Assembly (NCBI GenBank): GCA_905331295.1 | Contig: CAJNYD010000012.1 | Coordinates: 496,001-560,000 of the forward strand | Direction of reading: 5' to 3' | Source of the DNA: Rotaria socialis | Taxonomy: Eukaryota | Length of the DNA stretch: 64,000 nucleotides | Shown: one piece after another, positions 1-12,525 of the stretch | How positions within the stretch are numbered: the stretch's first letter is position 1 | Layout: every line of letters starts with the position of its first letter | Program-made: the position numbers and the translations under genes | Notes under the pieces: generated by a model | Seen by the model: only the letters and a program-made list of their open reading frames with translations | Told to the model about the DNA's origin: nothing | Databases searched by the model: none

Positions 1-66
1 ATAATAGAATTTTATTAATAACTTTGAAAAATACCTAGAAAGCCAAAATAATTCATTTACGTTTAG

Positions 67-2222
67 CTGACTTATATACAAACGTAGAAACTTGGCCCGA
101 TGTTAAATCGTTACCTGCTCAACTTGGTGAAGTAGGTGGCATTGCATTAAATAATGCAAATAATGAGCTCGTCGTATTTCATCGTGGATCTCGCAATTGG
201 GAATTTAAGTAAGACTACAATGCTTTTTTCAAAGGATCAGCTTCTTTATTTTTATCGTTTTTCTTTCTATAATAGATATTTTGATGCATACCGCTTTCGT
301 AATGAAGTCTATGGCCCGATTGAAGACGCTGTTCTCGTTCATGTTGACACTCGTACAGGACAAACTAAATATCGATGGGGTGCTAAAATGTTTTACATGC
401 CACACGGATTAACAATAGATCACGAAGGCAATTTTTGGTTAACGGATGTTGCTATGCATCAAGTTTTGATGTTTCAACCAAATAATTTAACTCATCCAGC
501 ATTGACTGTTGGAGAAAAATTCCGATCTGGTGCAGGACCAAGTCGACTTTGTCGACCAGCTGATACTGCTGTAATGAAAAATGGAGATTTTTTTGTTGCC
601 GACGGGTAAACTACAATGGAGTAAAGGAATTTAGAAAAGGTTCAGCTCCTATTTTGCTCTAGCTATTGCAATAGTCGAATTATTAAATTTAATCGTAAAG
701 GAGAATATCTAATGGAATGGGGTTCATCCATGACAACAAAGGTTGACAGTAAGTTTGTTTTGAATTTCATGATTCAATAGTCATTTTTGTTTAGATAATG
801 AATAATATCTTTGACTTTTTAACTATTAGGATTAGGTTTTTTTTAACTAGAAACAGAATTAAAATATCATTTCATTGGTTATTTTCTAAGCATGAGAGAA
901 GAAATTCTCGTAGACTAAATCATTATTTTGGAATCTGATCGTCGTACTTATAATTTGGGTCAATTTTTAATTTGAAATTTCATGAATGATAATAAAAAAC
1001 TTGATATTATTATGCTGAAAACTATTTTGATCGAGAAAAGTAAAATTTAACCATACCATTCATATAATTGAATTATATTCTTGATAAACATACAAATAAA
1101 ATTGGCTTCATTTTTAGTTCAATTTCTCTTTATAGGTGATGGTTTTCCACTACCAAATGAATGGAATATTGTTCATTCCATAGCATTGAATGAAGATGCA
1201 CAATTGTTATGTGGTGCTGATCGAGAAAATTTTCGTATTCAGTGTTTTAATTCAACGACAGGAGAATTTCTACGACAAATACGTGTTGAGAAAAAAGGTC
1301 AGATTGGTGCAATTTATGCGATTGAATTTGTACCAAACGCTAATGGTTCGACATCAAAAATGAGATAATAGATTTAAATGAAACCTTTTACATGATTTTA
1401 TTTTTAAGGAACAATTTTATTTGCTGTGACGGGTGGAGTACAAACATCAAATAAAAAAGTTTACATGGTTGATGCATCAACCGGAGATATTTTAACATCG
1501 TTTGATTCGAACCCAGTAAGTTTATTGTTATAATCATATCATGAAATCTAAATGATTGATTTTCTCTTTACAAGCATTTGATAAGTCCACATGATATTAC
1601 TGTATCAGCAAATGCTCGTGAAATATATGTTGGTGAATTAGCATCATCACCTGCTAATGCCTTACATAAATTCGAATTATCTAAACATACAGGTAAAAAT
1701 TATTTATTACTTTTAATATTCGATTTATTTTTCCATTAATTAGATCTTCCAACAGAAATATTCAGTAGACGATTCAATATCAATCATAAAAATTTTCGTA
1801 CTTCCGTAATCATAATGGCTGCGTTTGCTATTCCAGTACTAGCTTCTGTGATTATTGGATGCATTATTCGAATAAGAAATTTGCGTATGAATCTATTCTT
1901 TTTTTCTTCTCAGAAAGATATTTTACGAACAATTTTGTTTTTCATAGGTAAAATTAATCGTTTGAATGCATTCCTCGATGATGTGAAAAGCCGTGATACA
2001 AGTTATAGTTCAGTTCTCGGTGGTTGGATGAATCGAAGAAAAGGTTTTTCAAGGTTAGAACAATATTCCGATGGAGAAAATGAACTACTAGATACCAATG
2101 CTGGTGATGATTCGAATAATAACTCTGGTGATGAACCAATAACTGTTAAAGTAAAACAACAACCAGCAGCGTTGACTAATAAAAAAGAGTCTGCTAAATT
2201 TCAAATGGCAGAAAATCTTTAA
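67..2222 (+). CDS. PAM: Peptidylglycine alpha-amidating enzyme, PAL (lyase) NHL-repeat domain plus transmembrane helix and cytosolic tail; 5' end lies upstream of the window
   Basis: GT-AG exons 67-208, 276-605, 663-748, 1136-1345, 1409-1515, 1575-1692, 1744-1884, 1948-2222 join in frame. PAL motifs: LVVFHRGSRNW, FYMPHGLTID, WLTDVAMHQV, FFVADGYCNSRIIKF, ADRENFRIQCF, PHDI. Then a hydrophobic segment (VIIMAAFAIPVLASVIIGCII) and a tail RRKGFSRLEQYSDGE resembling the PAM cytosolic tail. Confidence 0.9.
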
Positions 2223-4741
2223 ACATTGAATCATTTTCGGCAAGTAACAAAAAGACATCTCACATACGACGAACAGTCATGGTTAATTCATAAAATTTTA
2301 TTTTTCTTTTATTTTTTTCTTCTTCTTTCGTCTACTCACAAGCGAAACTAACTCACATATTGTTTTCTTCTCAATTTAATCAAAATAAGCGAATAAACAT
2401 ATTCTAAATCAAAGAACTTTTTTGGAAACTTTATCTAATAAACAAATAAACATGAAAGATCAATATCAACCAATGATAATCCGAAGATATCTTAATTTAA
2501 TCTAAATTTATTTACTAAAAATCTACATAGCTCTTCGTTTCACTGGTTTACTTTTGAAAAGAAAACTTTTAAAATGTTTTCAGTATTAATGATCATATAA
2601 AATATAGTTTAGAATAGAAGTTAAGTGTTAACTGAAATGCTAGGTCGTATATCGATATTTCTCTTTATGGAAATATTGTTTTTATACTTGAAAGTCTTAT
2701 TTTTGAAATAACTATAACGATCGTAAGAGTTCAAAACGTTCCTTAAAGAGAAGAAACGAAAAAATGTGACGAAATAGTGATCATGAAGATCAAAGCGCAT
2801 TTTTCTTTGTCATAATTAACATGATAGCAATTAAATTATCACTTTTAATAGTATATCAATATGACAGATTCTATTGTTGGAGAAAATTAATTAATACTGA
2901 AGGTAAATAATCAAATTTACAAGTTTGAATAAAAGTATGATCTTATATAGTTTATTAAAACAGAAACAGAAACAGAATGAAAGTATAATGATGAACGAAT
3001 AAATTTGAAAAATATTGCTCTTTGTTTTCATACATAATTACTAGGCAAAAACACATGATTTGGATTATTGTACAAAAAGTGTCTTAAATTCGAAAAAGTA
3101 ATGAACAACATGTTATATATATGGCAGGATTCATATGGATTCGTAATTTGTTTTCTTGCAGTTTGATCACGTCATGTTGTTGAGGTTTTTATAAACACCA
3201 CTTACTGTCAATGATCGTAGATCGCGAGCAGCTTTTTAACTGTTCAATTCGTACCATTCTTTTAAGAACTACTATATTCAAGTCTAAAATATATGATATG
3301 ATGATTGATTCATATTTGACAAAACGCTGAATACATGGCCATAATTTTCACACATGTGAATAACTCATAGTTGTTTGAATTCACCAATTATAAATGTGTG
3401 AAATGAAATAATGAAATATATTCACAATTAAGACATTAGATAAAGCGTCAAAACCATATTATTATGCTAAAGAATTTATTGAGAAAGAGTAGTCGAAAAA
3501 AAAAGTTCCAGTTCGCAGCAAGTTACATTTTATTTTTTATTAGAAAAATATACATCACCACACTGACTTCATTATTAGGTATCGATAGTCAATAAACATG
3601 CCGTGTTTTGTTTTCAGAAAAACATAAACAGATTTTTCTAGTAGATGTAGTCAATACTTGTCAGAAATTATTCAAATTTAAGCTACTTCAGCAACATGGG
3701 TTTTAAAGAAATTCCTACGTTTGTCAGAAACAAATTTCGCAAAACATCTGATTCGAATTTCAATAAAAGATATTATCTTTAATGAAAAGATTAATTCATT
3801 TTTCTTTTATCCCGGGGATATATTTTAAGTAAAAACCTAGTGCAATACGACTACTAAAATTATGTTACACATATGAATAAAACGTAACAAAATGCGATAG
3901 AGATTCTTATATTTAATTTGCGAAATATAGTAATACGACCTGTCACGCAACAATTGCCGATGCTTGGCCAATGTTGAGCATAGCATTTCTTGAGCATAAG
4001 CCAATAGAACTTATTCATATAAAACTGTTTTATAGATTTTCCTATATACCATATCGATAGATTACATTTGATTTAGATAAAAACGAGAATAAATGCTAGT
4101 ACCAAGCTAAAATCAATCGTTTTTTTGCTAAAATGGTAAAAAGAAGGTCTTTTGTCTACTATCATATTTTAAATACTACGACGTCATTTAAAAAGGCGGT
4201 AGTAATCGATATTTCCTCGTAGATTGAGCTACAGTTTGACGTCAACGGAGCTCCCGTTATTGTAATAATAACTCTAAAAATTATGCTCTTCAGATGAGTG
4301 CCGAAAAGAACTGATGAATGCGTAACCAAGCACTGAGTGACTTACTTTAATGGTACGGCGGTGAATTGTTGTAGAACAATACTATAAAAAAAGGATCATA
4401 TCATTATAAAGCCCGTTGTCTAGCTCACAGAGACAATTGGAAATATTTTGTTCTAAGTAAGAAATTTCTCGAGAAACAGAGTTTATGTGATAGGCACCTA
4501 TCATAGAGGTCATTTTAACTGACTGCATTGCCATCCCTTTCTATCCTTCTAGGGTATAGTCACAGTTTGACCTAATGAAATGAAATTTTCACTAAAGGTA
4601 GAACTATCACATATCTTACTACAGTATAAGTTACAATCCATTGTGACGTTAAATTAATGAGTTATGACAAGTTGAATATCTTTTCTACTCAGTCAATACC
4701 AAAGAAATCTTTTTTCTTTCAGTTCTAATAAAAACAGAAAG

Positions 4742-6344
4742 ATGTTCTTCATTGTTCTTATGATCAGTATCACTTCATCGATATATGGCGTTTATCAATC
4801 GAACATCAAATTTACCTCTATGGGTCTCGAATACACACCAATCAATAATGTTCAATTAATAGCAACGAAATACATTCAAACTAAATTTCTCTGTTCAGCA
4901 GCATGCAATCAAGAATCATCTTGTCGTATATTCGACTATGACTTGATATCAAAACGATGTCGACTATTTGAAGGTGATTCTACAACAGGATCTATTAATT
5001 TATCATCGTCACCAACATCTATTGTTGGCGTTGTTAGTATTTCATCAAGTATTTATTCATCAATTAATAATCAACTTTGCCAAGCATGTAAAGGAAATCG
5101 ATACGAAGTCTGCTCTGCGGAAACAAACCTATGCCAATATCCAGTACATACATATTGGAATGGATCTCTATGTGCATTACAACTATTTGAAAATGGCACA
5201 TGCGAGTAACAGGATGCCTGCCGTTCGGATTTGAACCTCACTTGTACAACAGATTGTTATGGAAATTTTCCAACATGTCTTCCATTATTTTTTGACAGTA
5301 AGCACAAAATCATTTATTGTATGAAGTCGTACTCAGTTCAAACTAAAGAGTGAACGAATCGTAGATAAAATATCAGATAAATTTAATTTAAACTGATTAA
5401 TTATTCAACTTTATTCATTTATAGACACAACAAATGCATTAACAATGCCCTTCGATATAACGGTAGCTGGCGGGTGTAATGGCTCATCAAGTACAAACCA
5501 AACACTTTTAATTAATCAGGCAGGCATCTTATTAGGCTCCAATAATACATTATACGTCGGAGATAATAGTGATAAACTTTATAGTTTCTACATCAACAAT
5601 CGCACAGGTCATGCACTTAGAAGTTATAGCAGTTGACCGACATTGCTCTATCTCGGCAATAGAACTTCAAATGTTTATTTTACTGTTATGTATATAAGTC
5701 TTGCATTTATATGGCCAACGAATAAAACAATACCATCAAATGGTGTCACCCATTCTAATTGTTCAATGTTTTGGCTATACTATCCAACTGGAATTGCTGT
5801 TGATAGTATGGGAAATGTTTATATTGCGAGTTATTTCTGTAATTGGGTGACTAAATGGGCACCCAATGCTACAAGTGGAACAGTTATAGCTGGTTCACCT
5901 CTAGGTATATCAGGTAGCAATAGTCAATCCTTATATATACCATATGCTCTTGCTTTGAATGAATCTAACTCATTCATATACGTAACTGATCGCTATAATC
6001 ATCGTATACAACGATTTGCTTTGAATGGCACAGGACCGGGAGTGACGGTTGCTGGTGGCAATGGAGCAGGTGTGACTGCTAATCAGCTTTATGCCCCAAC
6101 GGATGTATTTCTTTCCAGAATAGATGGTTCAGTTTACATTGCGGATACTAGCAATAATAGAATTCAAAAATGGCAAAGAAATGCAACATTCGGAATTACT
6201 GTTGCAGGAAATCCCCACGGGATAGCCGGTCAAGCACCATATTTACTGAATAAGACCTATAGTATAGCAATAGATTATGAAGAACAATATCTTTATGTAT
6301 CAGACAGTAATAATAACCGGATTCAACGTTTTTTGCTTCCTTAA
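4742..6344 (+). pseudogene. Secreted PAN/apple + Cys-rich + NHL-repeat protein, interrupted by two in-frame stops
   Basis: Signal peptide, then a PAN motif (CSAACNQESSCRIFDYDLISKRCRLFEGD), one intron 5298-5424 and NHL repeats (YYPTGIAVD, YVTDRYNHRIQRF, YIADTSNNRIQKW, YVSDSNNNRIQRF). In-frame TAA at 5207-5209 and TGA at 5634-5636; the frame stays open and domain-like after each. Confidence 0.8.
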
Positions 6345-9300
6345 AATCTTATATTAATCTTAGACTGCTGATATTATGCATGTAATTAATGTGATTTGTT
6401 TGCTTGTTTATTAATCATGTTGCTTCTGTTGGTGTGAGATTTTTCTAGACATTGTGCATATGTCTTCAAAAATAAAAAGAAACAATATTGATGTGACATG
6501 CACTCATACAAGAACATGAGCGTCAGAATCATCTGAGCATCTTCAATTGATTGTTTATTTACATGAACTACACGCTCTTCTCTTCCTCAATATAATAATT
6601 GCGATATTTAAAAAAGTTTTGATACTGCTGAGTGGCGAAAGAAAAAACATATAAGAATGACTAATCAATGATACAACCCCTATCATGCATCAGAAAAATA
6701 TGCTTGTTTTTGTGTACTCACTTTTTGAGTACACTATAGAATTGGTCAGTGTGTTCGTCCGGACCGTTTACACGGTAACTCCTGAAATGCTAATCCGATT
6801 GTCATTAAATTTTGTACACCGCATTATTTCATCAATATCTCGGATATCATTATTTTCTATGCAAATATTGACCTATTCGAATTTTTGCAAATCAAAATTG
6901 TTTTCATAGTAGAAATGAAAATGCAACTATTATATACCACCCGATAGAGAATTTCATGGGCTACAAAATGATGCTAAACAATAGAGGTAAATATACTGTG
7001 TTTGAAATTTCGTCAATATCTCAGTGCCCAGAGCTACAAAAGACTCACGTATAGCGACACTTTGTCTGTATGATATGTGTTTATTTCTCATAGAACTAAC
7101 GTTGTTTCTTTGAAGCAGATAGAAATTGTCAAGAACTCTAAATGATGGTATATTACAGAGGTAAACATGGTGCATTTAAGGTTTCCTCAATATCGCACTT
7201 TCCGAAAACTATGAAAAACTCATGTATATTGACACTGCTGGTCGCTTCTATTAGATAGTTTGATGAAAATCAATCTTTCTTCAGCTTCATTTTTGGAAGT
7301 ACACATAACATTCGGATTTGAATCCAAGGTTTTCACATTTTTTAAAATATTATTTATGATAATCTTATAATGCTAATAATTTGATTTCGTTTATTTTGTG
7401 AAAGTATGCGTAGATGGGATTTAGATCGGCATGCACTTCATCTAATTAACATTCATATTTACGCTTATCCATTCAAGAAAGTTTGGTTATCCACATAAGT
7501 ATGCTGTAGTTTTCAGCCAAGCCACATACACACACACCATAGTTTCTGTTTAGTTGTGAAATCAATTTTATTTAGTTTTAATGAATCAATTAGAATTATA
7601 AAATATATTGATATTATTGGCCATTAAATAGATGGGATATAAGTGCTATATAAGTCAAGTGATATAATAGATCAAACATTTTGTTTTGTATCATTTGGTG
7701 TTCCTTCTATTGATTCACATCATGATAATCATTCTATCCCAATAAAAGATAAAACCCGTTTGTTCAGTTGACTTCAAATACTTCTTAAGAGTTTTCTTTT
7801 ATTTTCCTCCTATGATTTTAAAAGTATATCAATGAAAGGAAATTCAGCGTATTACATCAATTAAAAAAATATTGTGAAACATTTTCTTGAATATGATAAT
7901 GAATTATACATGAATGCTGATAGAATGATAAATTATTTGAGTAGGATATTACAGGAGAAATTTATACGTGCCTATCGATTCTTGTTGTTGTTGATTTTTT
8001 CTATTTTCTATTTAGGAAATAAGATATCTATTGCTTACCTTTTATCTTTTCTTATTTATCATTTTAGCGAGAATAAATGAAAATTTACGTACAAAGGACG
8101 TTTTATTAATAGAACTGTATGAATGAAATGTGAAAATTTTTCCTTTTAAAACTGTATTGTATAAAAAAATTGGATCTGAATCAAACATTGAATTCGTGCT
8201 GAAAGTTCATAACACTGTTTTGCACTGTAAAAGTATATTTGGGTTACATTTGTTCGCTAAGAACAATTTAATTTAGTATTTATTATATCATTATATTGCT
8301 TTTGGAATATTAGAATGAGCACAATTTCCATTGTTGTCTTTAAATCAGTGCCATTTGAAAGGATTCTATTTCTTCAATGCGTTTTTGCTGTATCTTTGAA
8401 TTTTTCTCCTTTTCACTTTCTTTCTAGTACACCATAATACTGCCTCTCCCTTTTTCTTGAAGTACTGTCACAAAATTATTTATTTCATGTTAGTGATTGA
8501 TGATATGACACACTAAAATATCTTGAATTATATATAAAATGACAAACAACATGAAATTTATTTCGTATCGAGATGAAAATCAGTAGCAGATCCATTGGTG
8601 GTTAGTCAAAAGAAAAAGGCAATCTCGTGATGATTTGTTAAATACTTATTTTTCTATATTGTGCAAACTTTTACTTATACGTTAACAATAATAAATGTGC
8701 AAATTTTTACTTATTAACTAAAAATAATAAAGACAGAAAACAACGACTGTTGATCTTACTGCCCACTCACTCTCACACACTCTCTCTCTCTCTGCCACGA
8801 TTCATACAATATGAAAGACATTTATTTTACTTGAGAGTTTCACGTTAACTGAGTTGTTGTACTAAGCATATTCATAAAAGCAAACGTATTATTTTATCGA
8901 ACGTAAGTACTAGATAACCCATCTAACTAATTTCTAAAGTATAAATACTATCTCCTCGCCAAACATGGGATTCCCTTTTTTTCTTCGAATTACCGTAGAT
9001 CTTGGTTTTTTTTTGTAAATGACGTTCATAAGTATTATAACGCCGCTAAAGTAAAGTCAAGTGTTCTTCTTTTTCTGTTACATCTTATTGAACTTCTACA
9101 TTCATAACGGATCACAATCTTCTCATTTTACATCGACGATATCCAAATAATGCGCATGCATTTTTAATGTTTATTTAGTAAGAATTTTTTGTTGTTTCGG
9201 TCTCTCCTGTTTCTCTTTCTGAATTGATTGGTTTGTGAGCCGAAATGAAGAATAGCAACAGTAAAAAAAACAGTTTAAACTATACGTACTCAAGTTTTCG

Positions 9301-9565
9301 ATGGTAAGATGAGTGTATAGTCGAGCACAAGCCATTCGTCATCATCTATTCCCATAGTTAGCGTGAAAAAGACAAAGAGAAACAGGGAGAAAGAAACAAA
9401 GTAACACACAGCACTGATGTTCGAGTATTTTTACGACTTGTCAATGAGGACGATTACAAAAAATGCAGTTTGATCACAACAAACCCTTGCAATATAATTT
9501 AAGCTGATTTTTTCAAGAATATTCAGCTCATTAAATTTCTTTTTTTTCATTTGAAAAGGTAAAAT

Positions 9566-10695
9566 ATGTTTGCTTCAAAACCAGTAGTATCATCGTCTAA
9601 TCCATCTAGTCTACATTTACCCACTGTTTCATCAAAAATACATCGACGTCGTGGTCGACATTCTCCTACTCTATCACATACTTCAATGGCATCCGCAACA
9701 ACATCAACGAGTGTTTCCGAAAACGTTTCAGCCTTAAAAGCTAAATATATTGATTATGCAATGTGGCTGAAAGCATCGTCCAGACAAAACCGTGAACCGA
9801 TATTTACACATGAGTTATTAAAGCATTCGTTGTGTGAAATGGGTATTGATTCAACACAAGCCGAGCAACTTGTATCAACATGCTCTTGGTATGTATATCA
9901 ATTTCAAAAAGAACTAGAAGTTGATACTGAACAATACGACACATCGATAATAACAGAAACAAAAGCACCTCAGCAATCGCCCAGAAAGCGAAATAAAAAA
10001 GCGCGCAAAACTAAATTAAAGAAAAATATTCCTCCCAGAGGACATTCGTCAGAATCAGCAACAACAATAACTTCAATAAATAAAGGTTAAACAGTTAGCA
10101 AAAACAGCTTAGAAAAAAACTAATCAGATTACTTTTCTTTTGTTTTTCAGAGAATATTATTTCAGCAGAAATATCATCACCAACACGAAATAAATTTTCT
10201 GTTTTACCAGCTATACAGCCTTCTGAACCTCTCACATCGCCACGATCTCGTCATGTTGATTTTAATAATGAACAATTACTTTCAGAAACAATAGGAAAAC
10301 AAAAACCGTCACATTGGCGATCAGCTATGTTAAAAACAAGAATTTTACCCAAACTTAGACAATTAGATATAGAATCATCCACCAATAATCATCATGATAC
10401 GACACCGGAAACTACACCGATTGATTTGGATTTATCGAATTCACAGAAAACTTTTCATCAACATGGTCAAGTTGGTGGTCATCATACTCGATCAATACTA
10501 CGTAAACAAAATGGTTCATCTTCATCTATTATATCAACAGAAGTCGATTATAGAAGACATCGAAGTAGAATATTAACACCAGCATCAACAACTATCGATG
10601 AAATACCATTAGGAACAAGATCACAACGTTTATTTGGCGGAAGTGAATGTTTTGCTCAAATTATGAATGAACTTGAACAACAAAAACTAATTTAA
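9566..10695 (+). CDS. Hypothetical Ser/Thr/basic-rich protein, two exons
   Basis: Exons 9566-10085 and 10151-10695 joined by a phase-1 GT-AG intron. An AG acceptor lies a few nt before the ATG and AATAAA follows the stop. No family recognised. Confidence 0.7.
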
Positions 10696-11979
10696 ATATT
10701 CTACACTTATTTTGTATATACAACAAAAACCAACAAATATAATTTTTTTTTCGTTTTATAAATCAGCTTTAATTTGAATAAAAAAAAAAGAAATGGTAGA
10801 ATGATGAAAGACTTCGTGTGGCAATCGTAGAAATGTACACCAATGTAAATATCACAGATGATGATGATGATGACGACTGTTTTCAATTGTTTTTCTTCTT
10901 AAAATTTTATAAGTGTCATGATCGCGAACGAGACGCTAGCCTTCCAACTCCATGCACAAGATACGTTAACTACTTTTCCTTATTCAGATGATCACAATAT
11001 GCATCGTATTTTGTCTATAAAGAGGGAAAAAGAATCAACCATTCACTTAACAAATAAAATGATTATTATTATGAGCGAAATAATAATATCGATGATCATT
11101 CATGGGCATATGTGTTTGTGAACCTTGAAATGGCATTTTATTGTCGTTTCCTTCATACAAGTGAAGCAATACAAAAAAAATGACACTTAAAAGTGTCCGT
11201 GTTGCCAATAAAGAAAATATACAACATAATATATTTGAGAACCAACTTTCTATGATACACTTCAAGTTTCTTTTCTTCTGAGTCATATTGTGTGCTTCGT
11301 TATTACTCAAGAAATAATAGTTAGAATATTTGTGGAACTTATATCATAACTCAACAACAATAGTGATTATTTTTTTATGGCTATCAAAATAAACTTCAAT
11401 CGATTCATTATTTAGATAATAAAAAAGAAAACTACCTGTACCAATACATAATTTTCAAGTGTCCTTTTAAACTTGAAATTGATAGATTGTAAAAGAAAAT
11501 TATTTGAATAATCTTTTTCTTTATCCATATCACACATCTAATTATGATATCATTTGAAAATTTCATCAAAAGAACATTTACAAAAATTAGCTATTCAAGT
11601 AAAATATGATTCAATTTTATTATTATGCGTATAAAACTTAGAAATACTCTAAAAATCAATGAGATTCCAATATTTATTGATCTTTATCTATATATATGTG
11701 ATAGAAAAGAAAAGAAAATATTTTCTTCGGCCCAAGTTGTCATTAATCTTTTGAATATTGTTACAAGAATCGTATTAATTTTTAATGGTTTCTTCCCATA
11801 CAATACATTTTTCAAAGCAATTTTTTCATGGTATTGATCGAATAACCGAGGCGAATATTTCATTTAATCCTCTTTGAATAGGTATGTAATATAATTCATT
11901 AAACGTGCCGAATGAAGTTTCTGAGCATACAATATTAAGAGCTAAGAGAAAAATAAAACTACAGATTTTTATTCTATTT

Positions 11980-12420
11980 CTATTTAAGTAAGACGTTTTT
12001 CAATGATCCATCTTTATGAGAAAGATTTAATTCAAATAAAGAGCCAAAGTAAAGTTGATCGATAAAAATATACGGAGTCTTGTTTCATGAAAAGAAAAAA
12101 CTTAAAATAGATGTGCTTTTATTTTTTATTTTTACAATACCTGTCGGCGATCGGTAAAACAAAGAGTACGAAAATAATTTTCCATTTGTTTACAATCTTG
12201 TCTTGTTTCAATATCAATCCATTCATAAGAATCTTTCCATAAGAAAAAATTTATTTAGAAATTTCTTCTCACTTAAAATGTTCGATATACCTTTTGGTAA
12301 CAAATATTGTTCAAGTATTTGTTTCACTTGATGTGAATCAGGATCCTTTGATTTGCCAAATACCATGATTCGACGAGCGCTGACTTTGTTATTAACAAAA
12401 ATTTTTGTAGAGCCTGACAT
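11980..12420 (-). CDS. Glutaredoxin-fold protein lacking the active-site cysteines
   Basis: Exons 12420-12291, 12232-12141, 12078-11980 give MSGSTKIFVNNKVSARRIMVFGKSKDPDSHQVKQILEQYLLPKDSYEWIDIETRQDCKQMENYFRTLCFTDRRQTPYIFIDQLYFGSLFELNLSHKDGSLKNVLLK*. This follows the Grx pattern VF.K..CP.C / ..ID / TVP.IFI...FIGG..DL..L...G.L..L. Confidence 0.8.
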
Positions 12421-12525
12421 AATTATTATCTATAATCAATGAGCTAAGCATCATTATTATGTTATCAATCATAAGTAAGAATATATTTATTAGTTATAAA
12501 AGAAAAAAGAAAAAAACAAAGAAGT

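Noticed and set aside
5634..5636. In-frame TGA as selenocysteine or programmed readthrough
   Set aside because: A second in-frame stop (TAA) occurs upstream, no SECIS was recognised, and TGG->TGA decay is simpler.
11700..11943. Open minus-strand frame after an AG acceptor, downstream of the Grx-like stop
   Set aside because: No motif and no clear partner exon; probably 3'UTR or intergenic.
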